NCBI RefSeq assembly: GCF_009914755.1
Contig: NC_060947.1
Length of the DNA: 64,000 nt
Source of the DNA: the human T2T-CHM13v2.0 reference genome, Homo sapiens
Direction: 5' to 3' (one strand)
Part shown: positions 1 to 13,500 of the stretch, one piece after another
How the letters are laid out: each line of letters starts with the position of its first letter
Position numbering within the stretch: position 1 is the stretch's first letter
Program-made: the position numbers and the translations under genes
Notes under the pieces: model-generated
The model's input: only the letters and a program-made list of their open reading frames with translations
Told to the model about the DNA's origin: nothing
The model's database searches: none

Positions 1-30
1 TTAAAACAAAAAGTTTTTAAGAAAATACCA

Positions 31-322
31 GGCCGGGCGCAGTGGCTTATGCCCGTAATCCCAACACTTTGGGAGGCTGAAGTGGGCAGATCGCCTGAGG
101 TCAGGAGTTTGAGACCAGCCTGGCCAACATGGTGAAATCTCATCTCTACTAAAAATACAAACATTAGCCGAACATTGTGGTGCACGCCTATAATCCCAGT
201 TACTCAGAGGTTGAGGTAGGATAATCACTTGATCCCAGAGACGGCGATTGCAGTGAGCCAAGATCGTGCCATTGCACTCCAGCCTGGGCAACAAGAGCAA
301 AACTGCATCTCAACAAAAATAA
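31..322 (+). mobile_element. Alu (AluS-type)
   Basis: ggccgggcgcagtggct start, dimeric body, A tail, TSD-like aagaaaatac. Confidence 0.95.
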
Positions 323-868
323 AAGAAAATACTCAACCCAAAAGAGGGCAAAAATAGAGGAAAAAGTTGACAAAGAATAGAAAGGAAGAATAGAAAACAA
401 ATAGAGAAGTGGATGACCTAAATTCAACAATATCAATAACGACATCAAATGTGAAGGGACTCTAAGCAGTACAATTAAAAGTTAGAGATTGTCCTACTGC
501 ATTAAAAAGAAAATTGGACTCAACATTTGTTTCAAGCATATGTTTTAAGCATAAAGACACAGATGGGTTAAAACTAAAATGATAAAGATGCACCAGGAGT
601 GGCTATGTTAATTTCAAAGTAAGCTTTAAGACACAGAATATTACCAGGAATAGACATGTTTAATGATAAAACAGTCATCAGGACAATATAACAATCTTAA
701 ATGTGTATGTCCCTAATAACAAGCTTCAAAATACATGAACTCAAAACTGACAGAATTGAAATAAATAGACAAATTTGCAACTATAGTTGGAGAGTTCAAC
801 AGTTCTTTCTCAGTAACTGATAAAATAAGTAAACAGTAAATCAGTAAGAGTATATAAGACTTAACATC

Positions 869-1209
<341 letters not shown>

Positions 1210-1648
1210 TCAATCAACCTGACCTAATTGGCATGAATAGAACACTGCACCCAATATCTGCAGAATACACAGTCTTCTCAAGCACATATGGAACATTCTC
1301 CAAGATAGACCATAAGCTGGACCATCAAACAAGTCTCAATAAATTTAAAAGGACTAAAATCATGAATGTATGTTCTCTGATCTCAACAGAATTAAATTCA
1401 AAATCAATAACAAAAAAGATATCTATGGAATCCTTAAATATTTGGAAATTAATGACACACTTCAAAATAATCCATGAGTCAGAGAATAAATCAAAAGGGA
1501 AATTGAAAAGCATTTTTAAATGAATGAAAATGAAGACAGCATATAAAAATTTGCGGGATGTCACTAAAGCAGTATTTAGGGGGAAGCTTATGGCACTCGA
1601 TACCTATATTAAGAAAGAAGAAAGGTCTTAGATCAATGACCTCAGCTT

Positions 1649-2378
1649 TGTTAAAAGAAAAACTCTAGACAAATTAAATTTAACAGAGTTAAATTCAGCA
1701 AAGACCAATTTGCAAATCAGGCAGCTTCCTAAACCGGAATAGATTTAGAGTGACTCCAGCACTGCCATGTGGTTGGAGAAAATTTATGTACAGAAAAAGG
1801 AAAGTGATGTACAGAAAACGGGAGTGTGGGCTGGGCAGAGTGGCTTACGCCTGTAATCCCAGAACCTTGGGAGATCAAGGCTGGTGGATCGCTTGAGCCC
1901 AGGAGCTCCAGACCAGCCTGAGCAACATGGCGAAACCCCATCTCTACCAAAAATAGAGAAATCAGCTGAGTGTGGTGACACACGCCCATAATCCTAGCTA
2001 CTCAGGAAGCTGAGGAGGGAGGATTGATCGCTTGAGACCCAGGAGGCAGAGGTTGCAGTGAGCCAAGGTTGTGCCACTGCACTCCAGCCTGGGCGACAGA
2101 GTGAGACTCTGTCTCAAAAAGAAAAAAAAAAAAAGAAAAGAAAAAGAAAATGGAAGTGAGGTACAGAACCAGCTGGATTAATTACAGCTCAATGTTTGCC
2201 TTATTTGAACACAATTTGAACAGTTGGCCGCCTGTGATTTGCCAAAACTCGGTGACTCGTACAAGAGCAGGTTACAGTTTGTTTACACATCCAGTTAGGT
2301 TACAGTTCACTATGCACACAGAAACCTTTAGGCCGAACTTAAAACACGTAAGGAGGCAATTTCATGCTAAACTTAACA
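1649..2378 (-). mobile_element. Solo ERV1 LTR, MER57-like, split by an Alu
   Basis: TG...CA ends; the reverse strand begins tgttaagtttagc...aagttcggcctaaaggtttc as in MER57; 4-bp TSD gctt/gttt. Confidence 0.8.
1829..2144 (+). mobile_element. Alu (AluJ-like) inserted in the MER57 LTR
   Basis: Alu body; TSD agaaaacgggagtg/agaaaatggaagtg. Confidence 0.92.
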
Positions 2379-4227
2379 GTTTCAAGCTTAAAAAGCTAGA
2401 AAAGGAAGAATAAATTAAGCCCAAAATAAGTAGAAGAAAGGAAATAACGAAGATAAGAACAGGAATCAATGAACTAGCAAATAGATAGAGAAGATCAATG
2501 AAACCAAAAGTCAGTGCTTTGAAAATATCAATAAAAACAATAAACTTCTACCTAGGCAGTATTAGTTATATGATTGTATATATTTATCAAACTCATTGAG
2601 CTGTATACCTATAATGGGTGCATTTTATTTTCTGTTAATTGTACCCAAAAACATGGACAAAAGATTTGAACTGAGACTTCACTAAGGTAGATGTAAAAAT
2701 GGCCAATAAACACATGAAAAGATACTCAACATCATTAGTCATCAGTGAAATAGAAATTAAAGCCATCATGAGATGCTAGTACACATTCACTTAGAATGCC
2801 TGAAAATTTTTTAAAAATAACTATACTAATCGGATATAAATCAATGAAAACTCTACAAAGCAATGAAAATTACATTTCTGGCTGGAGTACAAAATGGTAC
2901 ATCCATTGTGGAAATTAGTCTGATAGTGTCTCATAAAATTAAACGTAAGCTAATGCTTTGGCCCAGTAATTCCACTTGTAGGTATTTATCCAAGAGAAAT
3001 AAAAACATATGCCCACAACACACCTCATAAAAGAGTATTCATAGAAGCTTTATTTATGAAAACCCCAAACTAGAAATAGCTCAGGTGTCTAGCAATGGGT
3101 GAATGAATAAACAAATTGTGATACATCCATAGATTGGATCAATGGTATACCAATACAATCATACATCGCATACCTTATAACTTTTATGGACATACAACAT
3201 ATACAATGGCATATTAATACAATGGATATTCAGCAATTAAAAGGAATAAGCTACTGATACATGTTACAACATGGAGAACCTCAAAAGCATTATGTAATTG
3301 AGAAGCCAGACACAAAGGCTAAGTACCATATAACTCTGTTTATTTGAAATTCTAGAATAAGTAAAACTAACTTATAGTGACAGGAAGCAAGATAGAGGTA
3401 GTCAAGGGTCACGAGTGGGAGTGGGATTGCAAAAGTCTTCAAGGACATTTTTTTGCCATGATGAAAATGATGTAAATCTCAATCATAGCAGTGGCTTCAC
3501 ATACAGGGCCACTCCTAAGGTGCTCAGAACCTAGGAAAATATATTTTGTGCAATCCCTGTCTACACACAATATTTGAGTCATCCAAGACTAGTGTGTCAA
3601 TACCATTCTGGTTGACCCAATTTCATGCACTTCTGTCAAAGATATATTGCTCTGGCTAGTGGAGCAATCCACTTATCATGCTGCTCTCCTGGAACCGGGT
3701 CTCAACCAAAAGTACCATAGACGATCCCATAGGTGAGAATCGTGGAGTTCCTTGGGACATCTGGTGGGCCCCAAGCACAGGATGGGGGATGTCTAGAGAC
3801 TCAGAGTGCCTGGAAAAACACAGACCAGGTCCTATGTCTACGTGGGACCCATTCTGAGCTAAGGAAAGCCCAACCTGATGACACCACTGATTCCGGGGCA
3901 GCAGTCTCAAGCCGCTGAGCCTACGTGAATAAAGTCAAGGCAACTGTAGCATGGTGTGCTGAGACAAAGGCTCTGGTTTCAGACATTGGCAGGAAACCGA
4001 AAATTTTAAGGAAAGTGCTGCAAAGTGCAGTGGGTTCCTCCTGAAATGCAGGGCATGGGACAGAAGCCCCATCTGCCCAGGTCTAAGGTAGTGCTGGTTT
4101 ACATGGGTGCAGACATTTATCAAATGAACTGTACACTGTATCATTGAACTGTACACTTACAATGAGTGCATGTTATTGCATATAAATTATACCTCAATAG
4201 AGAATACTTACTACCAAGAAAGAAAAC

Positions 4228-4364
4228 CCTGTAGTCTCAGCTACTCAGGAGGCTGAGGCAGGAGAATCACTTGAGCCCAGGAGTTCAAGGCCATAGTGAG
4301 CTGTGATCACACCTGTGAACAGCCACTTCACTCCAGCCTGGGCAACATAGTGAGACCCCATCTT
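4228..4364 (+). mobile_element. Alu monomer / right-arm fragment
   Basis: cctgtagtctcagctactcaggaggctgaggcagg...accccatct. Confidence 0.85.
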
Positions 4365-4438
4365 GGAAGAAAGAAAGAAAGGAAGGAAGGAAGAGAGAGT
4401 GGGGGGGAGGGAGGGAGGGAAATGAAAGGAAAGGAAAG

Positions 4439-4485
<47 letters not shown>

Positions 4486-4713
4486 GAGAAAGAAAGAAAG
4501 AAAGAAAGAAAGAGAAAGAAGAAAAAGAAAGAGAAAGAAAGAAAAGAGAGAAAAAGAAGGAAAGAAAGAGAAAGAAGAAAGAGAGAAAGAGAGAAACAGA
4601 GAAAGAAAGAGAAAGAAGAAAGAGAAAGAGAGAAACAGAGAAAGAAAGAAAGAAAAGAAAAAGAAAGAAAGAAAGGAAGGAAGGAAGGAAGGAAGGAAGG
4701 AAGGAAAAAGAAG
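4365..4713 (+). repeat. ~350-bp almost pure purine (GAAA/GGAA/GA) simple repeat
   Basis: Seen directly. Confidence 0.97.
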
Positions 4714-5105
4714 ACCGTGTATCTCAGATTCCCAGGCCCCATTCCAGACAAAATCAGAAAGTCTTCTGTCTGGACACTGAGAAATTTTCATCTGTTGGTT
4801 CTCAGTTGCCTAGAGAATTACATCCAGGGTGCACTTTCCAGCCCAGCCCTGACGTGCCTCCTCATCCTCAGTTCCTGATACTCCTTTTCTTAACGGGTGC
4901 TCCAGACACGCTGAACTTAGAACCAGTCCCTAAAAGTGCTCACACCCCTTTGCAAACCAGTGCCTCTACATATTAGGTTTCCCCTGCTTGAACTCACACC
5001 TTCTCCCTGCAAGGAATTCCTACACATCGTTCAAAATCCATCTGAAATGTCACTTTTTCTGTATAGCCATCTCCGACCACCTAACAGCGTTAAGATGGAT
5101 GGAGG

Positions 5106-5780
5106 TGTTATCGGTGGAGGGTGTCCATGTTCTCCGTGTTTTGAACAAAGAATTGGACAAAACACACAAACAAAGCAGGAAAGAATGAAACAACAAAAGC
5201 AGAGATTTATTGAAAACGACAGTACACTCCAAAGCGTGGGAACGGGCCCGAGCAGCCACTCAAGGGCCCAGATACAGAAACTTCTCGGGTCCAAATACCC
5301 ACTAGAGGTTTCCCATTGGCCACTTGGTGTTCACCCCATGTAAATGAAGTGGTGGTCTGCAACCAGTCTTATTGCAACCAATCAGAGGCTGAAGTGAAGT
5401 TACAAAGGTCACACTTTTATGCAAAGATCTGATTGGTTGCTGTCTGCAACCAATCAGAGGCTCAAGTGAAGTTACAATGTTGCACTTCTATGCAAACGAA
5501 GACTTGACCCGCAATCAGTCTGATTGGTTGTGGACAGCCTACAGAGGCTGAAGTGAAGTTTCAAAGTTACACTCCTATGCAAATGTCTAACAACCAATCA
5601 TAGGTACTTTCAATTTCCCATCGGCCACGCAGAAAAGCTGGGAGCTTGCAAAGGGAGTAGCCTCTGGTCCTTTTGTTACTTAGGCATGGAAAGTTAGGGT
5701 TCTCCTTTCAATTTAGTTCTAGGAACTCAGCGTGAAACGGCCTTAGGTTCCCTGCCTCCAGAATGTATTCTCCTGCCTCA
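5106..5780 (-). mobile_element. Solo ERV1 LTR, MER51-like
   Basis: The reverse strand starts tgaggcaggagaatac..tggaggcagggaacctaaggcc; repeated CCAAT units; TG...CA ends; TSD gagg/gaga. Confidence 0.85.
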
Positions 5781-5879
5781 GAGAGAGGATGATCCCTCTT
5801 CAGTGACCCCACAAAGCTTGGGACATACTTTTTATGGCTATGACACTTGTCAAAAGTGGACTGTTGGTACCTGTCTGGG

Positions 5880-6020
5880 GGCTTTCCCTCATATCTAATT
5901 GCAAATTCCTCCAGGGCAGGGAGCATACCTTCTTCAATCCAGCACCTAGCACAGTGCCTGGCAACATAATAGGCTCTTGATACAAGCTGTTCAATGAACG
6001 AATGAATCAGTGAATGAATC
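5880..6020 (+). mobile_element. L2 3' end fragment
   Basis: cagcacctagcacagtgcctggc...tgaatgaat terminus. Confidence 0.75.
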
Positions 6021-6387
6021 TCTTCCCCTTTGGGGACTCTTTAGTGGGAGCCTTCATTGAAGAGTGGTTTCACCACAGAGTGACCTATAAGCAAAAAATT
6101 TTAAGAGCTGGGACAGCCTGGGTTGGGGGGTGTTATTTGGTCAGGGAAATATTTTAACCCCGAAGATTATGTCCCTGAGGTATTTCAGCCTATCCAGGAC
6201 TTGTATTTATGAGATGGCCAGGGTCAGGGCTCATTCTGTGGCCAAAATTAGGTGTTAAATACCCATTATCATCACCATCATCATGATTATCCTTTATTTG
6301 GCATTTATCATGTGTCACATGCTGGTATAAACACTCTTGTATATTAGCTCATTTAATCTGCACAGTAACTCTGGGAGGAAGGCGCTA

Positions 6388-6466
6388 CTGGGTTGAACCA
6401 TAAGAAATTGTCAATATTCAATCTTTTTTGACCCACAAAATAGCATTTTCATATAGTTCAACCTAA
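6388..6466. mobile_element. MADE2-like mariner MITE (~80 bp) inserted in a MIR
   Basis: Terminal inverted repeats ggttgaaccataagaaattg / cattttcatatagttcaacc; TA at the left flank. Confidence 0.8.
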
Positions 6467-6771
6467 GTTACCGAATTCTTTTACCAAGGTTCAAGGAGGT
6501 GAGTCCCTTGCCCAGATTTCAATGTTCATCTCTCTGGCTCCAGAGCCCTTTTGCTATTTTCTCTACACTGCCAGCTTCTATCAGTTGTAAAATCCCTGCT
6601 ATAAGCCAGTCCACAGGGTCTAGTAAGTCGGACAGGAGCGGGACTGGCTAGGGTTTCAAATGCTCTTTTGCAGGGAAGATGAACTGACTTGGCCTGAAAA
6701 TGTTAGTCTTTTAGCGGTCGTGTTTCCAATTTTGTTTTAGTCTCTCACTCATCCAGAATCCACCTCCCTCA

Positions 6772-6773
<2 letters not shown>

Positions 6774-6806
<33 letters not shown>

Positions 6807-6816
6807 CACACACACA
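6774..6816 (+). repeat. (CA)n microsatellite
   Basis: Seen directly. Confidence 0.95.
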
Positions 6817-8033
6817 GAAGAGCCAAGCAGCTGACTCACACACCATGCCGCAGTTGCCTTGACTTTGTTCACGTAGGCTCAGCAGCTTGAGACTGCAGCC
6901 CCAGAATCGGCAGTGTCCTCAGTTGGCACCCAGAGGAGCTGTTGCATTCTCCCCTTTATTGTGGAGATGGCTGCAGCAGGTGCTCTTGTCCTGGGGGAAG
7001 ACAGCCATTGAGATTGGCAGAGGCTTAAGTATGAAGTCAAAGGCAACACCTGATATCAGAAAGGGCCCAGGCAGCAGTGGGGAAGTCCTCAGCTGGATCT
7101 TTGAGCCTTGGACGGAATCAGCAGCAGGTAGGGCAGACCCCAACCCCACTGATATCTCTGCTGCTTGCTTGCCAACCCTGTGAGCTGCCCACTGAGGCAA
7201 TAGGCCTGGCAGTGCTGGAGGCTGGGAAGGGAGAGACATATAGTACAGTAAGCATTGACCCCCCAGGAAAGGCTCACAGTGACCCACCCCCCTTCATAGT
7301 ATGAGGGCAATGACAGAGCATTGTCCGGATTGGGGGTGGGCAGGAAATAGAGGCCAGGGAAATGCACATACTCAGAGCCTCAGGCATCAGGTGGGCCTGA
7401 GAGGCCTGGCTGAGGAATGGGGGGTAAGTCTGGACATGCAGACAGACTTCCCATGATATTCTACCTTGAGATGAATGTGGTCAGGAGGAGAGTCCAGGCT
7501 GGCTGGGAGGTTGATCTGGGGCTACAAGCCCTGGGCCCCAGGAGAGAGGAACTGGAAAGGCTTCCTCCAAGAACCCCAGAAGCCTCTGGCCTTTCCCGGC
7601 ATAACTAGAAAGAGAAGCAGACAGCCCCAGGATCTTACTCAATGAGAGCTTAAAGGCTTGCCTTCCTGTTTCCTCTCTCATGAAGGGGCAGCCTGAGATG
7701 CCACGAAGAGCCCTGGGCTGGAAGTTAGGAGGCCGGAGTGCTAGTCCCATTCCCGCCTGCCAGAGCCATCCTCTCCCTGGGCTACAGTGTTCTCCATCTG
7801 CAGAAATGATGAGGCAGGATGCGTCAAGTGGGGAAGGCAGTTGGTTCTACCAGAATCATGGTTTTCAAACTTTTGCAGTTTGGAACACTTTCTTTAAACA
7901 AAATCTAACAGGGCAACTCAACGTGTAAGGTGGCAGATGAAAATAGAGCTGCTCTCAACCCATTCCCCTCCCCAGAGGTTCCCCTAGAACCTCCATGGTA
8001 GCCCAGAGCCCCTTTTAAAGACCACTGGGTTAG

Positions 8034-8218
8034 AGCTGTGGGCTTCCAACTTGAGTGTGCACCAGCATCACCTGGAGGGTTTGTAAGAATAGATTGCTGG
8101 GCCCACCCCTAAAGTTTCTGACTGTGTATATGGGATGGAACTGAGAATTTGCATTTCTAACAAGCACCCAGGTGATGCTGATGTTGCTGGTCCAGGGACC
8201 ACAATTTGAGAACTACTA
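8034..8218. mobile_element. MER5A hAT-Charlie MITE
   Basis: gcatcacctggagggttt...gaatttgcatttctaacaag...ggaccacaatttgagaactact. Confidence 0.8.
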
Positions 8219-9329
8219 GGTTACATTCTACCCAAGGGCCTTCCTGTGATTCATGTCCAGTCATTCAATATTTACATTAATCCACTTCAGATAGATTTTC
8301 TGTGATATTAAAGCATAGGAGAACACCTGGTATTGTCCCTGGCACATAGCAGGCACTCGGTCAAAGCTGGTAGGGTCCGTTCTAAATGCTCTGCCTAGAA
8401 GTCTGTTTAGGTGTACAATCATGTTAGCCACTGGTCAAGGGATTCACAGAAGCAGAAGCTTTACTTTTAATAAGTTTACAGTCTGCCATGGCCCCTCCAC
8501 CCACCAGGAAATAACACCCCCACTAATTCCATCATTAGAAGTTACTCCATGTTAAACATTATCCTTTCCAGATATTCTCTTTTTTTCCAGGTAAACCCCC
8601 TGGGAAGGGGTAGTTGTTCAGTCCCTGACCCCTCAGCATTTCTTAGATGTTTTCCCCATGTGAAGGGGACATAGCTTCGATCCTCTAGGAGTTCTTCCAG
8701 GGCAAGGACCTTACCTGTATCATTCTCCCCCACATACCCCACGGCTCCTAGCCCAGTGTCTGGTACAGAGTGGACACTCAGTACAAGTTTGCAGAATAGA
8801 ATAAAGGAAGCATGGGACCCCCAACTTGACCCAGCCCACGTGAGCCACCAGCACCCCCATCATGGCCAAGGCTGCTAACTGGGGAACTTTGGAGGGTACA
8901 TGGGGAGGGCAGGTCTCCAGCCACACGCACCTGGGATTGCTGCCCGGGAGGTTTTGCAAACTGGCTCCAGGAATGTTCGGGGCCTCCCATTCCCCACATC
9001 CTCCTTTTCAGCCTCACCACGTTCTTAAACAAATTGGCACTGACCCTGGTGACAGACTTGATCATTTCCCTTTGCTTCGTGATTGTGTTAAGTGACTGCC
9101 AAAGGCCTGTTCCTGAATAGTCAGCACATTCCTCAGGACGGTGAGTGGGAGCCCATCTGCTCCTGGAGCGCTTCCTTTCCTTTATTGTGCTATTTTGGCC
9201 TCAATTTCCCATTTGGACAGGAGCATCTTCCAGCCGGTGGGGAAAGGGAGAGGGTGGAGAGGGGCGCCACAGCCTTCCTTCATTTCTCACTCATATCCCT
9301 GGTTTCTCTGGAAATAAATCAACAAATAT

Positions 9330-9555
9330 TATACTACGTGCCTGGCGCTGCTCTTAGCTCTCCACATGTGTCCATGGAGCTAATCCTTACAACACCCACT
9401 ATGAGGAAGGCACAAATATTACCCCCATTTTCCAGATGAGGGAACAGAGACTGAGAGAGGCCAAGTGACTTGCCCAAGGTCGCACAATATGTGATAGAGC
9501 TGGGATTTGAACCTAGACAGGTCTGGCTCTGGAGACTGAGTTCTCACCCATTGGC
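9330..9555 (-). mobile_element. MIR
   Basis: cccattttccagatgagg..actgag..aagtgacttgcccaaggtc core. Confidence 0.75.
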
Positions 9556-9658
9556 TCTACCAAGGGTGTGGATTCTTGAGGCTGTGGATCTGGGCCCAAT
9601 GGTATCTGAGGCCATGGCCCTTTCCCTCTTCACTGTGTGTCAGCAGGTTCTAAAGTCA

Positions 9659-9946
<288 letters not shown>

Positions 9947-10249
9947 ACAGAATTCCTTGCAGATCAGAAAAGGTTATCTTCATACCTTGCCACTGACCCA
10001 CTCGTTTAATGCAACATTTGAACTCACAGATGCTACACCAATGTGGACTCTACCTTTGGGTTATAAAGGGCTGATATAGTAATGCTAAACAGCTCATTGT
10101 GTGCTCTTCTCCATGTACCTTGCCTCATTTATGTCTCACATCAACTCTAAAGTAGGTTGTAGGGAGAAGCTGAGGCTCAAAGATCCCCCAGCCAACCACA
10201 GACCCAGCATGTGGGCAATTCATTACTACACTAGATGTTAAACAGCCAG

Positions 10250-10510
10250 GTAGCTTTTGCTAGGTGTCAGGTGTTGTCTAAACACTCTCCCTCATTGATT
10301 CATTCAAGCCTCATAACAATCCCATGAAGTAGGTACTATTATTATCCCTGTCTCTATTTCGCAGATGAGGAAGCCGAGGCACAGAGAGGTCAAGTAACTT
10401 GCCTGAGGTCACACAGCCAGAAAGTGGGAGATCTGGGATTTGAACCAAGTCTGTCAGCTTAGACTGTGGGGTTCCTAGTGTATGCTCTTAACCACTGCAC
10501 TGTGCTACCT
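10250..10510 (-). mobile_element. MIR
   Basis: cagatgaggaagccgaggcacagagaggtcaagtaacttgcc core. Confidence 0.8.
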
Positions 10511-13500
10511 CTTGGCACTGAGGCCACCTCTGGGCACTTGAGGTACCATGATACCATAACCCCCTCCATCTCTTCTCCTTGTCTTCCTGCTATTCCAAAT
10601 TGACTTGGTATTTCCAATAACCATAATTCTCAGAGGTTCTGGAGTTCAAATTACAGCACTGCACTCACTAGCAGGGTGACCTCTGTTTCTTTCTGTACCC
10701 CAGTTTCCTAATCTGTAAAGTGGGAGTAATATGGTAATGAGCCCATAGGGTGGTTGTGAGCATGTAGGTCAGGCACAGTGGATTCCGCCATCACCACCAC
10801 CACCTCCGGTTGCATCTTCTCCAGCCCAGCCCCAGCATCCTGAAGGGGGAAATGGTGCTTCACGCCCTTTCACTTATCAGTCTCACCCTCCGTGTCTGTC
10901 TCTTCCTGTCTCAAATGAAAAGCAGCCTTCAGTTAAGATTCCCTAGCCTTTTGAAAACTTGGTGATTACAATTCCTCCCAGGAGGTCAAAGAAACCTATT
11001 TCCCTAGCATTCTAAGCAGGAATTCTATTGTCATTTGTTAACTCAAACATGGCCAAGGTGGCCCAGCCCATCTCCTTTCGTCCACACCCATAGGAGACAT
11101 AGAGAATAGATAACTTGACTGGAACAGATCCCACCAGCACCCCATGGCCAGAGTCCCTGAGAAAGAAATTCACAGCAAGGAAATGCACCAATTGCAAATA
11201 ATTATTTGGAATCTGATGATTCCTTGCAACGTCAGTGACTGCGAGTGAGCCTCTCCCTCTTGCCGTCTTTACAGAAAATGTTGAGGTACTAGACAGGGAA
11301 TATAAATTTTCCAGTATCTTTCCCTATGTTCCTAAGTGTCCCTGTCCTATAATTCCAGTCTTGCCTCGTTGCTACTGGTGTCTTATGTCCTCAGCTCAGT
11401 GGGGTAGAGCATAGCGCTACCTATAAGCAGGCAGTTAGGATTAGAAAATAAAGTCCCCTTCACTTAGCTCTTCATCCACAAAGCAAGCTCTAACCCTGGC
11501 CACTGACTGAGCACTAACCCCAGCCTAGAATGTTCCCTAAACCTGTTCAGAGAATGAGCCTAAACCTTGGTAATGGGCTGCCCTTAGTCTCATTCACAGA
11601 CTGAGTATATAATTGCAGAGTGAAGAAACTCCAACCTGGAGAGGTAAAGCAACTTGGCCAGCATCACACAGAACCAATTCTCTGTCCCAGCCATATATTG
11701 ACCCTGAATTTTAGCCACTAAGAACAAGATTTTAAGCGTGTGGGTGTATCAGTGCAAGTGACCTCTACTAGTAAGATTCCAACTCAGACAGGTGAGTGGG
11801 CACCACATCTTTGTCTCTGAGGGAGATGCCACTGTTCCAGTCTTCACGGAGTACTGGGGTTATTAAAAAGAATTCTTGCCTAGGGAGAGTGATTTGTATG
11901 ATGAAAGAAATCAATAAATTGCTGTTGAATGCAGTCCAACCTCACTTATTCAAACTAATTGGAGGTAGCCTTTCAAATTAGTGAACCATCTGTATTGTAG
12001 GTTACTTGTAAAGTAATGAAGCTTTATTGTTTTGAATAATTCACAGTAGCTCCAAGTAAGCTAACAAGTTGTAGCCTAATCGAGGTCTTAGGAGACTTGC
12101 CTTAATGAAATGAAAAGAATCCTCAGCATCAATCATTTGTATGCAAATGGTCCTACCAAGGAAATGATAAAGTTTGCTGCCTTGAAGTATAGAAACTCAG
12201 TGCACAGAGTCCATTTATTCAATTCATTTATGACTTTGTTGAGAGTGGACAAAGTCAAGACAGACAGGGCCCAAGCTATCCCCATTTGGTACTCATGGAG
12301 TGTCTTCTAATGAGGTTTTACTGTAAAAGGAAACAATTGGAGAGCAGCAGGTGCAATCCATCCACTGATAAAATAAAAGATGGTTTTGGAATACTGTCAC
12401 TTCCTTTCATTTTTTTTTCCTAAGAAGACATTAGAAAAAAAAGTTACCAATGTAAGTCAAGTACCTCGGTGCTTTGTCAAAACCCGGAACAAACATTAAG
12501 GGGAAAAAAATCTGAAGGTCGAGGAAGGGAAATAAACAAGAAGAGTAAGTAAAGCATGAATCATCCATTACCACCTGATGGCTCCTTAAAAATAAAAATA
12601 AAACTATGGAAGGAAATAGAGTCCATGCCACAGTCAGGCATGTTGATAGGGAACCTGGCATGGACTCTTATTTCGCAGAAAGAACTGACCTTTGGCTTCT
12701 AATTTGGATTGCCTTTTCCTCAAGGCCTTGCAGAGCACAAGGTTAGACGATGCTCGCCTAGCACCGGTTCCCAATTCTTTCTTGGGCACTATAAGTGGAG
12801 CCAAGGAAACAATTTTATTTTCATGCATTTAATTTAATTACCCCACCTTGTTTCCCAAAGACTTTGAGGTGGTTAATGACAATGAAAAAATAATGACAAA
12901 ATAAAAGCAGAGAATTAGGACCAGGGAAAATATTAATAGAAAGTTTTAAATCAAGAGTTAAAGACCTGAAAGGTCATATAAAGTTGCACTACAGGTTTCT
13001 AAAAAGAGGCACAGTTGGGATTCAAACCAGCTCAGTCCAATGGACCACCTTCGGAAGGAGCACAGGATCCCCAGATGGACCTATCTATAAGTGTGATCTT
13101 GGGCTAGATACACAACTTCCCTGAGCCAATTTCCTCATCTGAATGATGGACCTAATCAATATTGTCTATTTCACAAGCTGTTATGAGGACTCAACGAAAT
13201 GGTTTCTTTAAGCCATTGAGCTCCACTGGCTAGCAGAGAACATGTGCTTAATAAATGGTAGCTATGAGAATGGATATGAAGTCTCCCATGATGCAATACA
13301 AAGAATTTGCCCATAATGGCATGTCATTTAATCTTCGCACCAGCTCAGGCCTTGGGCCCAGGATCACAGAGAAGGGAGAGCAGAGGAAGGAGGGAGTCCT
13401 TGGGGAGGCTTCCTACAGAAGGTGGTACCCCAGTCAGAGCTTCTGTAGGATAGGTAGGATATGAGGAGATGGAACTAAAGGTGAAGAATGAGCTGGAAGT

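Noticed and set aside
1-300. Alu-derived ORFs ([11 protein letters not shown].., SLPKCWDY..) here and throughout the window
   Set aside because: Standard Alu antisense or sense translations, not genes
1233-1523. ORF with endonuclease-like sequence; also 17614-17760
   Set aside because: Short fragments of dead L1 ORF2, frame-broken and interrupted by other elements
4245-4976. Long K/E/R-rich and F/L/S-rich ORFs (also 40191-40692, 46382-46795, 27074-27634)
   Set aside because: Translations of purine simple repeats that lack stop codons; no coding signal
11700-12900. Apparently repeat-poor stretch with short ORFs
   Set aside because: No recognisable protein homology, splice structure or RNA motif; may be ancient repeat or unique intergenic DNA
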